A stretch of 63,686 nucleotides of DNA, counting the filler, from Hyphochytrium catenoides (lineage: Eukaryota > Protista > Hyphochytriomycota): NCBI GenBank assembly GCA_900088475.1. It is 4 parts of 4 records of this genome, joined end to end, with 100 filler letters (N's around TTAATTAATTAA, not from the genome) between each part and the next. Parts side by side here need not be neighbours in the genome. Positions count along the whole stretch, not along the records: positions 1 to 25,370 come from FLMG01001747.1; 3 more parts are not named here. One strand, given 5' to 3'. This document shows positions 1 to 12,009 of this stretch, one piece after another. Position 1 is the first letter of the stretch; each line of letters begins with the position of its first letter. The translations under genes were made by a program, and so were the position numbers. The notes beneath the pieces are model-generated. The model saw nothing but the letters and a program-made list of their open reading frames with translations. It was not told where the DNA came from and did not search any database.

Positions 1-133
1 GGTTATAGGAGGAAATGAAAGAAGAGTCACCAATCCTTCTCTTCCCACACTCATTAGAGCCGTCGTGTCATCAGACTCCGCTTCGTGTGGCAATGTCATT
101 TCTTCACAGCCTGTACAATTTAACTGGGAGCAG

Positions 134-3100
134 GTTCTCAGCTATCCAGGGTAAGTTCAGAGTCGGATCATTTACGCAGAGCTACCCGTCCACCTGCTAC
201 CTAGACTGTCTAGATAGATATCTTCAGGAGTCTTTCTTGCTCGTCTGTAGCCAGAATAGCGTTTTTTGTCAAATCGCTTTCTCTTTGGTCACACCCTCTC
301 ACTACTTGCTATTCTTCTCGTTCTTTGTGCATTTCTAGGGGTACTCCCTCTTTCAACTGACATTCGGAGTTTATTTTTTCTTAGAGAGAAGGCACTTGCT
401 CTGGTCTCTTCAACTTCCGACATGACGACAAGTCTTCTGCTGCCTGAGCATACGCTCTTGGCGGGACAGACATACCGCTTCGTACTCTCTGTCAATTATA
501 TGGGAGAGCCAGACAAGAACACAGTGCCGGTAACTAGACCAAGCATATCTTCCTCTGTCCAGACCATTCCTTGTGTCCGCAGACATCTAACTTATTCCAC
601 TCCTTGTGGCACTCTCAATAGTTAGATGAGTCTGTCAATCTATTCACCTTGCTTTCACTTTTTCTTCCGTGAGTTTGGCCGCTCTTGGCCTTCCAACGAA
701 TAGTTATTACTACTACGTTTGAGATTGTCCTTGGTCTCTTGCACGTTCCTGGGGAACTTTGGCTTAAGTGCTGCAACTCTAATCACTGCTGTCCAGATCG
801 AAGTGTCGGTGGACTCTGCTCCACTTTCTCTGGTACCTATCGGTGGTTGGAACCAAACGTCATCCTCGCTTTCTCCTATGAACGTTGGATTAGAGAAGCT
901 AGGCTCTGGGGCCTGGGACGGAATGGGCATCCAGAGCATCGACTGGGTTAGAATAACTCCTTTGTCCTTCCTCCAGCATAGCTACTCTGCTTCTTCTCCC
1001 CTTTGCGGCTTACTTGTATGTTGCTTGCTTTTGAGATTCATCTATTTAACGCCTAGACCTGAACCGGACGCTCCTTCTTCTTCTCTGACTGCACTTACCC
1101 AACGCTATATGGCCACGATCTTATTAGCTCCATCCTTTTTATTACCGTCTACTTATTCATCGTCGTCTGCTCCTTCATCATCATCTTTCGGCATCGCTTC
1201 TACTGGCTCTGACTTTGGACTGCGACCACTTTTAACAGAGTTGTAAGAGCTGCACGTCACCGCTCTGTGACACAATTGAAGTATCCGCCACTTGCATGAC
1301 TGCAAGCAATAGTCCCCTGACCCTCCCTGCTGCTTCCTCGAAGACAACACTCATCACAATACCCGCCGGGACCCTGAAGGGTAGGAGTCCTGGACTCTTC
1401 TAAGTGATATCTTCTTCTGGCCTCCGCTTTCTTTTTATACAATCATCATCTTTCTAACAGTTAATTACCCTCGGGCTGGCGTTCCATCTTTGGCCGCCAG
1501 GATGAGGTTCCTTTCCTCGTCCTACAGTTCTCAAAGAATGTACTCATTACTAATGTTGTGCTCAACAGACGGACATACGTACCAGTTTACCATAAACGTG
1601 ACCTCCCAGTCATATTCATCTGCTTATGTAACGACGATTCAAGTTGCTAGCGAAGCCTTGCCCACCTCCATCTCGCTGCTCCACGCAGGCCTCAAGATTA
1701 ACGGGTCCGTGCATCAAACAACTATCTTTGCTATAGAATCGAAACTGGTCTTATTACCATGCGTCTGTACCCCATAATCTGGTGGATTTGCTCTCACCTA
1801 TTCTTTTTCTTTCTTTAGAGACCAGATTATTAGACTACGTACCTCCATCGGCTGGGGGGATGTCGGAGAGCTAGAAGGCACGCAGATGGAATGGAGTGTC
1901 TACAAAGGGAAATCCCTTATTTCTCCTCTTCCACAATCTTTCTCTGATGCCCCAAATGCCGCCTTTTTCCTCACACCACTCAATGGCACAAGGCTCTCTT
2001 TGGCTCCTGGCCTCCTGTTCCCTGGATCGACGTACACGTTTTCTTTCTCTTTCTCCTCGTCAGGGGGTAAGAGAGGCGCCGCTTCACTCCAGCTTGAGGT
2101 TAATGGCGGCCCCCGCTCTGGATCTTTGTCTGTTGTTCCTCAAGAAGGCGTTGCTCTCTTGACATCCTTCCGCCTGGATGCCAGCAACTGGGTGGATGAC
2201 CTGCAGGATCTTCCATTAAAGTGAGTTGACTCTGTTTCGTTGAAGACCCACTTTGAGCCGCATAGATATGCTTTGCCACTCCTGTATCTCATCACAGCTC
2301 ACCGCTTGGTCCTGATATAGGTATTCCTTTGGCGCCAAAAGACGAGGAGTCATCCATCCCTTATCAGAGTTTACCATTGGAAACTCGCTAGAGGTAAGAA
2401 AATTTGTGCACTGTCACGCGATTCTCAAGCCAGCCCGTGATGCTATTTATTTAGATGATTTGACGGTATCTGCGCTCTTCTCTATGCCTTTATTCTCATG
2501 TATATCCTCTCGACCCCTCTCGGACCTTCTGCTTTGATAGACTATCCTTCCGGTTTTTGCTGATGAAGAGTCAGCGGCAGTGGTAATTTCAGATATCTAC
2601 GGTGCCGAGACAGAAGCGGAGGCTGCAGCGTTCGTTTCCCGTCCATCAGATTGGCAGTCAGCTTTTGACTCCACGTTGTTATCACTGAGCAACCCTGGAA
2701 GGTCTACAGGTGAGTGCTCCCGGAAGCGACGCCATTAACTTCCTACCCTTTGGACCTTGTTGCACTTAGTGGGTGCTTATGGATCGTTGCCTATGCAGCC
2801 ATTAACTATATGACACCCCTTCCTCTTTTCTATCTTCCTACTGCTCATCACTGGAAAACAATCGTCTCCAATGTAGAGAGTATGGTCTCTACACTTCTCA
2901 CCCTCCAGACGGAATGGGCCCAGAATGTTTCTCCGGACCTGGTTTGCACCGCCGAGAGTACGTAAAAACAGACTTCTTTCTAGCCCCACCCTTTCTTCAA
3001 CTTTGTAGATGACCTGTTATCGTGGAATCTCCTGCTTTCGGGGAAACGCATTTTTTCTACTCTGGTCAAGTTCTCAATCACCATCCTTTGTTCTCCACTC

Positions 3101-6100
3101 TGGTATCCTCTCTCCCTCTATCTCGCAGACCAACGTGTCTGCTGCGCCAATCGCGGGACGTTCAAGACCATCTGCTCCCCGCTGAGCCCTGGCTGCGCTC
3201 CTAGGTGTCACTGTGATGCTGGAGCTTACGGCAAGAACTGTGCAGAGGATGCAAATGATAGAGACAACAGGTTAGTGCTAAAGGATAAGCAGATTCACCT
3301 TTGTGAAGAGTGGGGCTGATTCTTGCCGTACCCTATCTCTCTTCATAGGATTGCAACGCAAGAGCTTCTCCTTTCTTATGTTTTACAGCTCATCGAGAGT
3401 CAGCGCGGTCTTGGGGCCGAACTATCATCTCTCTCCCTCGCCTTGGAAACTGAGCTCCTCTGGAGGGTAACCCTAGACTTTACCCACTTGCGCCAAGAGA
3501 GCATGGTAAGCACTAGTAAACCCACGAGCTGCACTTAACGAAGACGTCAACCTTTCGTTGGCCCTCCTAACTATTGCATCTTTTCTTCTTCGTCGGGTTC
3601 CATATACAGATAAAAATTCTGTCTACTTTAGAGACTGTTCTCAGAGAGGAGCTTGCCGGTTCTCCAGGTATGATATTTGCTTCCTTTCTCTTGGCACCCT
3701 CGTCGTCTCTTCTGTCTCTCCTTCCCCACTTGGCTGTAAAGCATTATGGGGTGACGCGAGTGGCTTGACAAACCTCGTTTCGTGCAAAAGATTTCCTCTT
3801 GCTGCCCTCCTTTATCATCGTTAATCTTCGTCGAAACTCCTTTGTTCCTTATGTAATGAACCTTCTCTATCCAGGCTTTGTGTCAGCATCACAATCTACG
3901 TTGGATAAGCTTCTAGAAGCGGTCAGCAATCTTCTTCGAGGGTTGGACAGTGCTTCAGCATCACAACCCTCGGCTACGACTATTGCAAATCAGATTGCAA
4001 CTGTGACCACATTGATTGCAAGATTAGCTGTTACAGCCGCGCAGCCCGGGTGAGACTAGAGGCTCCTTTGTGCTTTTCCTTTCTTATTCATCTGTTTTCT
4101 ACTTGATGGATTGCGCGTGATCTTTATTCATTTTTTTTATATTTCTAGCTCTAGCCATCGCCGAGTGAACATAGCGTCGGCGAAGTCTAACTGTCAGCCT
4201 TCCTCGATATTTTGCTAACAAACCTCGCTTCCTTGCTCGGTCTCTACAGAGAAAGGGCGCAGGTACTCTTGAGTGAGAATGTTCAAGTGACCGCAAAGGT
4301 TGGGCCCCCGTATTGGCGCTGTGTTGTTTGGATGATTTTCTTATCTTAGCCAAAGTGTTCCTATCGCCATATGAGACAGCTGCTGCTCGTCTTTCTCAAC
4401 CTGCCTCGCCACTGATGATGGTCCAGTCCTCTCAAACTTTAGCATACCTCTACCATCTGTCTCGTATTACTGACCACGTCGTGATGTTTCCTCGCTGTTT
4501 GTCACCGCCATCAAACTTCGGTGCGGGATGTAGGTGGATGTCCTCTCTTCGGTGGCGGGAGATAGAGTCACGGTTCCCTTTCCTGACTGGGACGGGTCCT
4601 TCGAGGAGAAGGGTGGCATCATTCTCCCCCACACTCTGACTTCAGACCTCTCCACAACTCTCTCACCTACCTCTGAGGTGATGATCGCCCTGGTGCGCTA
4701 CACCATGAACCCGTACGCTCCTCTCGCTGCGGTCGCGACCCATAATGGAAGCAAGTAAGTTGAATATTCTTCTAATAGGAAGCTGGCTTCTCTTCGTCGT
4801 AACTGAGCAAGAAAGTAGGGGTCGTAGCTTGGTCATTTATCCTGGGACCATCAATACTAAGTTGCCCTTTTCTCCTGTGGTCTTCTTCTGAGCAGCCCCA
4901 ATATATCAAGCCCTGTTTACACTTTCAAGTTATTGGACAATACCGGAGAGGAGATCCGCCCAACCAATCTCACCTCTCCTGTCATTGCCTACCTTCCAGA
5001 TCTGGTCGACATCAACTACTACGCGGCCAACAGACCGTTACCTCGATCTGAGTCTTTTTATTGTGAAGAGTATGAGCCCGGAACAAAGAAGGTGCTTTGC
5101 CCAGATGGCAATTTTATTACCTATGAGGTGGGAACCGCTGTGAAGTTCGCAGCATAATGAGAGCTCCGTACACTGCGTTTCATGAGAGGGACACAGAGGA
5201 TGAAGCTCTGAGTGTCACTTCCTCCTTATACTACTCTACCAGCAATATTATCTAGTCGTCTCTCTGCTAGTTTCCATTTCTCACTTCATGTCCTAGCCTT
5301 CTACTCGCTCGAAAGATAGGACAGCATTTCCTAACTCCAGGGTACCTTATCGCTCCGCAGTGCACCGGAGAGCCTTACGCTGGAATATTGACATGCGAAC
5401 TTCAATATGAGAAGGTTGACTGTGCCTATTGGAACGTCTCCCTAGGGGCGTGGCAGAAGACCGGAGATGTTCCAACGGAGATAGACAGTACTAAGAGCGT
5501 TTGCCTCTATGATACCTTCGTACCAGGTATGTATATTATGCGCTTGCTTCGCCTTTGTCGTGGGCCTTCTTGCGAAAGCGATTTTAACCCTTTATCATCA
5601 CACCCGGGTGACCCGACAATTCCTTGTTGCCCAAGATGTGTTGAAGTCACTAGCGTCTTCGTCACGAACTGCCTGTGCTCCAAAGGATATCGTGGCCGAT
5701 TCTTACTAATTTCACTGTTCACCGTTTCACCAGCTATTGCTGCCCAGCCAACCAACGCTGTGCTGCCCTCAGCATCCGGTCCTGACAACTCCAACGCTCT
5801 TGCTGGCCAAAAAACAACTGATAACTCTAATGACCAGGCCATCAACGTGTTCCTGGCACTAGCTTTCTTATGGGGGATACTCCTTCTGTCTCTTCTGTTC
5901 ATCTTCCTGGGCTGGAGAAGAAGAGATGAGTTGGAGGAGACAAAAAGTACGCTGTATGTGGAAAGCATATCAACCGTTATGACCGCCCGGCTGGACTGCC
6001 TGAAACGTGGGAGGAGAGCGACAGACGAGGGGAATGTTACTGGGACGTTTGGAAAGGAGAGTGAGGCATATCTCTTCGCACTATCTGCTGTGTCCAGCCT

Positions 6101-9100
6101 CTCGCCTGGCCGTCACATCCCGAAAGACACTCTAAACGCCACCATCGATGCCGCTACTGTACGCTTCAAGAGCATGGTGACGACGTTGCAAAGCAGCATG
6201 TTTGCTTGGTAAGATACGATGGAAGGAGCACAATTCTGCCCTCAATAAGTATTGCTGAACGGCAGTACAGGGACAATAGTAGGCGATGGGGGCGGTTCAA
6301 ATTGTCATATGGCTCTTAGAATGGCCCCGCTGTCCTTCTAACTTTCTCTTCTCGTGTCTCGTCTTCTTAGGACCACCAAGGGCTCTCACGTGAGAGAGAG
6401 TATTAACCTTCTCTTAAGCGACATACAAACCGTAAGTCCTCAAAGCCTCTCTCTGCCTTGCTTTTTTATTTCGGCGCCAGCACGCTTAACTAGACGTATC
6501 GATGCCAGGTCGCAGAGTACCGCTTCCTTGTATCTTTTGCTTTCCAAGAACGCATATTCTCTACCTATGTCATCTCTCTCTGACAACCATTTGATCTGTT
6601 CTTAGGCCCCGTCACCAGTGCACCGCTTACTCGTCTTTCTAACCCTGTTGGCTGTGCCGATGCTGGTCACCTCGATTGTGTTCCTTGGTAAGTTATACTC
6701 CCGAGCACCCTCCTCTATCGCTCAAGTTAATTCGCATTACAGACGCTCTTTCCGTCATCATCTGCCTCTTCTCCGTTTCCACTACCATCCGCTTGTCCGG
6801 GAGTTCACCGTCTTAATAAGATCTCCAATCTCTTCAATGACTCAATGATCCACCCTCACAGCCGCTAATACTGTCAATGCAGGGAGCGGTCGACTAAACC
6901 AAAGGATGTTTTTCTACAGCGTCAAAGACGCGGTGCCTGTGCTGATAATGGTTGTGATATTATCCCTGGTCCTCTCCCTTTTCTTCTCGGTACTACTCTC
7001 TTTTGGATTTAGACTTGCGACCAAGGCGAAGGTCTCAAAGAAGAGGTAAGCGAGAGGGCCGCTATTATTGATAGCTACCTGCTGGGGAGGAGGTAATTGG
7101 TCAAGGGTCCCTTTAGAGTAGTAGCGGGTGACTCCACTCGCATTCTTCTTCTCTCTTGGCCAGAAATATGAGTTACCTCTCGGCAGCGACAAACAACTGT
7201 TCTTACCAATGGACCTTGTTCTGATCCTTCATATGCTCTGCAGATACGAAGATTTGGCCATGTTGGACGAGATGGGAGAGATCACTTTGCCTGATGGGTA
7301 AGACTGACCGTGCTTGAATATGGAAGATGAATAGCACTCTGACCTGAATATCCCTTTTGTTGGGCACTCTATCTGGCACAGGTCGGATGGCACTATCCGC
7401 GGATTGATCTACCTCATGGAGAAGCTTCGCCGCGCAGAGTATAGGCTCCAGGTGGGATAGACTACGAAAGAGGCGGCATAATAATCACTCTTGTGCTTGT
7501 TCGCTGTAGACAGCATATGCTGACAACATGATCTCCTCCTGTCTTCTGGTTTACAACTTGATCCGTAAACTTAGATTGCTCTTGAGAGAGCCAAAACAGA
7601 CGTGCAAGATGATGGAACTCCGCCAGAGTACGTACGGGTGGCCGAGGAGGAGGTAGCTCGGCTGAAAGATTTGGTGGAAGAACAGCGAGGAAAGCTTACG
7701 AAGGAGGGCAGAGAAGAACTCAAGAAAGGCGAGAAAAGAAGTCTTGTCATCAATCAGTGCAGGCTTCTCCTCGTACATCCTGTGGACCAGGTATGAGAAG
7801 AGTTGGGGTTAACTCTCTGACTTGTCTACAAACGCTCTTACTAGTCAGCTCATTATAGGCCTCATCAACTGATTCCGTTCCTTTCGATCCATCTGCAATC
7901 CTCTTGGTTTCCCTCTCGCGTTATTAGGTCCACTACGTCTGTGAGATGGAGAATATCGGCATGCGTTCCCGACTTTTGAAGCTGTTTTTCCTTCACTATG
8001 GAGGCCGTACCTCTCTGCCCACGCCACCGTCTTCCTTCCGCCTAATCTGGATGGAGCGGTTAACTATTCTTGGCTTCTTGGTCATCCTTCTATCTGCTAC
8101 GCTTTGCTCTCTCCTTTTCGGGCTATCTGCAACGTTGACCCCGCAGAATGCATGGTTAGGCTTCAGCATCTTCTGCATCATCCTCAATCTCCTCCTCTTG
8201 TCCCCTATCCTCCGATTCTATAGGAGAGGGGCACTTCTCTCCCTCTCTCCTATCCTCTCGCGGGCCACTTGGTTCCAGGCTACTGGAGCTTCTTCCCCAA
8301 CATCAGGGAAGACCCAGATCATCAAAGGTAGAAAGGTGGAAGTTGAGGCTCTGGAGGATGACGATTTCAATGCAGGTAACGCTTATAAAGGTATACGACT
8401 TCCTACCTCTCGTTCTTGAGTTGGCGATATTCTGCTTCTGCTTTCACTATTGATGGGGCAACCTGAGCTCAAGAAGGGTGTAAAGCCTCATTATATCGTC
8501 CTTTGAGGTTGACAAAAGACTTTGGTTCACCCTCTGTGTGCTTACTTCTTTTCTAATTTCTCTTCCTTTCCCTTAGCCAATGTTGGTCCCGGTGTTTCAA
8601 CAGTGGGATTAGCAGGTGAGACGAGCAAGATCGCACGAGACAACAAGAGCAACCAGGGTGAGTCCAGCTCTGTCTATAGATATATGAATCTAGAGTTTTA
8701 CCCTTATGATAAGTGTCGCAGACGGTCTCTACACTCTCGGTTAGATCAAAGAGATACTGACTTACTTGACACACAACAGGTACCGGGTCATCTGGCAAGC
8801 TGGAAGATCTTTCTGAAGGGAAAGATAAGGAAGGGAGCGGAGAAGACGGCACGAGACTTGAAGACCTCGATGACCGGAGAGGTTCTATCATAAAGGGAAT
8901 TGCCAGCAATATGCGCCGAAGGAGCCAGCTCTTCCTTGCCCGAAGAGGCATCATCAAAATAGAGGAGGAAGACCGCGTCGAAGAGAGACCGACACCTCGG
9001 CGGCGAGAACCACGGTACGGCAACAAGGTGCCTGCATCGGAGAGCCAGAACCCAAATGCCCACCACCACAAGGATGGTGAAAGGGATAGAGGCAGTGATG

Positions 9101-9294
9101 CAGACCAGGAAGTCGGTGCCTTCAGCTCCTCTTCAAGAGAGTTGGGGGCCACTGTGGTATCTATTGGCAGTCCAGAGGGAACCGCACCTGCATCGACGCA
9201 GCAGGGCAAAGTAGCTGCTGTTTCGGTGCCCACCACCACACATGGAACGCCTTTGAAGACCAGGAATCCAAAGAAGCTTAGCCAGTGGTTCTAA
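134..9294 (+). CDS. Multi-exon PKD1/polycystin-1-like (REJ-domain) membrane protein, 5' end probably outside the window; boundaries approximate
   Basis: REJ-type exon (1886-2221): 'LFPGSTYTFSFSF...ASLQLEVNGGPRSGSLSVVPQEGVALLTSFRLDASNWVDDLQDLPL'. GAIN-like segment 'YTMNPY...SSPVYTFKLLD'. GPS-like 'CAYWNVSLGAWQKTG'. Several hydrophobic TM segments at about 5845, 6620, 6935 and 8050-8210. GT-AG-bounded exons; last exon ends with TAA at 9294. Confidence 0.75.
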
Positions 9295-10574
9295 GGCACC
9301 GTGTTTCTTAATAAGCCTGTCTTCTTCTAGTAGACGGGGAAGCCCTCCGTTTGCAGCAGTGCTTTTTAGGAGATCTATCTGTTCGTTTTATAAATGTATG
9401 GTACGCAGCCTTCAATATCCTTCTTTATAAAAATACATATCGCCATCAGTGGGGCGTCTCCTCTTCCTCCACAACGGTCTAAGTACGTGTCACACTGCAA
9501 TAATAACAACAGCTAGACGAACGGACGAGGATCCGGTTGGAAGACTTATAAGGGCCCACCCTAAAGATCAGAAGCCTACCTTTCTTACCTACTACCCGAC
9601 GAGCCGACCCCACTGCTGCTCCCAACAGTCCTTCCGCGTTTGCGTAGTCGAATCCCATGGATCCGAGAAAGCCACCATCCTCGTTTGGCTAGCCGATCCC
9701 ATGGAACCTTGAAGTCATCCGGCCTTCATTGTAATACCTTGGCGCTTGCTCAGCCCCAACCCTCAGATCCCTTCTGCCTCCTTGGCTTCAAAGCTTCACA
9801 TGTAACGACACAATCCTAAAATGATAACCAAGGGGCACAGTTTAGAAGTGATTACTGACTGGGACAGTAACGGATGTGGGCTTTAGATCTTGAAAGGGCA
9901 GCAACAGCACTCAACAGTGTAGAAATGATGCCTTGTCATGGGACTAACCCTGACCCACCCTTGTGTGGGACTTGATGGTGGTGCGTGAATGTGATCCTTG
10001 ATCCGCCCAACCTGAAGAGATAGCCAAGCAAGCTGATGGAATAGGCCATCTGCTGAGGAAGGAGAGGTGATAGGTAGGGCCAGCAAGCTGCTGAGAGCTT
10101 GGGATGGCTCTGATGGAGCTGATGACCAAATGAAGGTCGGATCGTCGTAGCGAAGGAGAGAAGATGGCCCTAGGGCAAGGTGGCCGACAGGACGTCCAAG
10201 AACGACGGTAGTAACAAAGAGTACCGTAACATAGAGCACTACTGGCGATCTCCATAGGACTCACTACACTGGCCGTTTGGACGTACTTGCTGCTCAAACA
10301 AGAGAAACATGGACCCAACAGGCAGGAGGAGGAGCTCGAGGTGCTCGACACCCCTTGGGTCCATCTACAGCGAAGAAGGTAATTCTAGCGGGTGTCTTGG
10401 AGCCAAGGGCATGCTTAAGGAGACGACTTTGGGCTTCACGATACGTTCTATCGCCGATTTTGATCGCCAATCCTCTCAAAGCCACTGGTCTTCGTGGTCG
10501 TGTTGCAGTCTTAGTCTTGCCCTTTGTCGCAGCTCTATAAACTAACCGTTCGTCCTACATCATCTGTCACAGAA

Positions 10575-11419
10575 ATGGAGTTTCTTTCAAAAGAGATGGA
10601 CCGCATAGAGGTAACAGAAACCTTCAGGACGCCACGACTTACAGGACAGGAATCAAATAACCAAGCTGGGGATGCCTCCATAGAAGGCGCTTGGGGACAG
10701 AAGAAGGCACCTCTGGCCTCAATCTCAGAGGTGCGGCGCAAAGCCCCATTTGCGCGATTCTTATTTTGTTTCTCCCTGTGCCCTCTATATGAAGCCCATT
10801 CGGCGTACTCACCATTCCCTTCTTGAGACAACCACTTCGGCTTTTCCTAACACTGGAATGTAATTGTTTCGTTCTCTCTCAGTTCTTGGCAGCCGTGCAG
10901 ACTGGGGATACCAAGCGGGCCTTTGAACTGCTTCGAATAGGTAAGGTAAAAAGATGCCTAGAAGTGCATTTATCTCGAGCGGAACGATTCACCTCCTGGT
11001 CTCAACAGTGAGACGTAGCGAGCCAGACAATGACACTCTGAGAGAATATGAAGAGGTGTTAACAGTGAAGCTCAAGTTGGGTACGTATTTGTCTTAACTC
11101 TTAGTGGCACGTGGTTTTGTGTGTCCTCCTTTGGCGCAAAGACCGCTCGAAATCCTTTTGGACACAATGGCCAACGTTGATCTTCTTTATCACCCGTTTG
11201 TCGTTACCATTTTGTCTCCAAACAGAGCTGCGAGAAGGCAAGCAGCTGGTAGCAGAGGATGCTCTTGAGTCGAGTGATGATGACGAGGCGGATGAACAGG
11301 CGGACGATGAAGGAGTAAATAATGGGGAAGACGACGAGTACCGTTCAAGCACTGATAGAGAAAGCGACAACAGCGAAGAGGAATCGCAGCGTGGAGAAGA
11401 GGAAGATGAGGCGGAATAG
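10575..11419 (+). CDS. Small 4-exon glutamate-rich protein, ERICH2-like
   Basis: Spliced reading: MEFLSKEM...KAPLASISE|FLAAVQTGDTKRAFELLRI|VRRSEPDNDTLREYEEVLTVKLKL|ELREGK followed by an acidic tail. This resembles the ERICH2 core (APL..EFL.A.....A..L...IL..EP.N) as recalled. Introns are GT-AG and phases are consistent. Confidence 0.6.
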
Positions 11420-12009
11420 GTATAGAGAAAACTTTATGACAATATTATGACAGAACGATTCGTATGATGGAACAGAAAGATCAAGGGGAAAGAGAAGGGA
11501 GCCATTCAGGAGAACAACAGATTGTAGGGTGCGACTGTGTATATCTTCTAAGGGCATTCAAAGTGAAAGAAGAGGACCTCTGACAGCGGATGGACCAAAG
11601 CACCTCGCGTCCTTCGTGATTGAGGTGGCAGATTTGGTTGTGAAGCTTTTCTTGTTGATGTGCAATCAGACAGCAGAATGAGATTTATGAGCTCGAGCAG
11701 AGCTCGATAGGCAAATGATCGTAAGGTGTATTTTAAAACCGTAACTATGCAAAGCTACGAAATGGATATGCAAGAGAAAGAGAGCACACAGTCTTACACT
11801 CTGAAAAGTAAGAGAAAGAGAAATAAAAAGAGAGTGATAGAAGCTCATCGAACATCACCAAGAGATTAGTCGTTCAAGAGAAGAGATCGGCAATAAGTTG
11901 AATGTCACAAGAGGAATAAAGCAGAAGAGCAGTCCTTGTCATACAGACCCAAAGCAAAAAACGGGTTCCGACCACCCTTCTCCAGGAATACTGTCTACCT
12001 TCTTTCGTC

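Noticed and set aside
8553-9239. 228-aa minus-strand ORF
   Set aside because: Antisense shadow of the last exons of the REJ-like gene.
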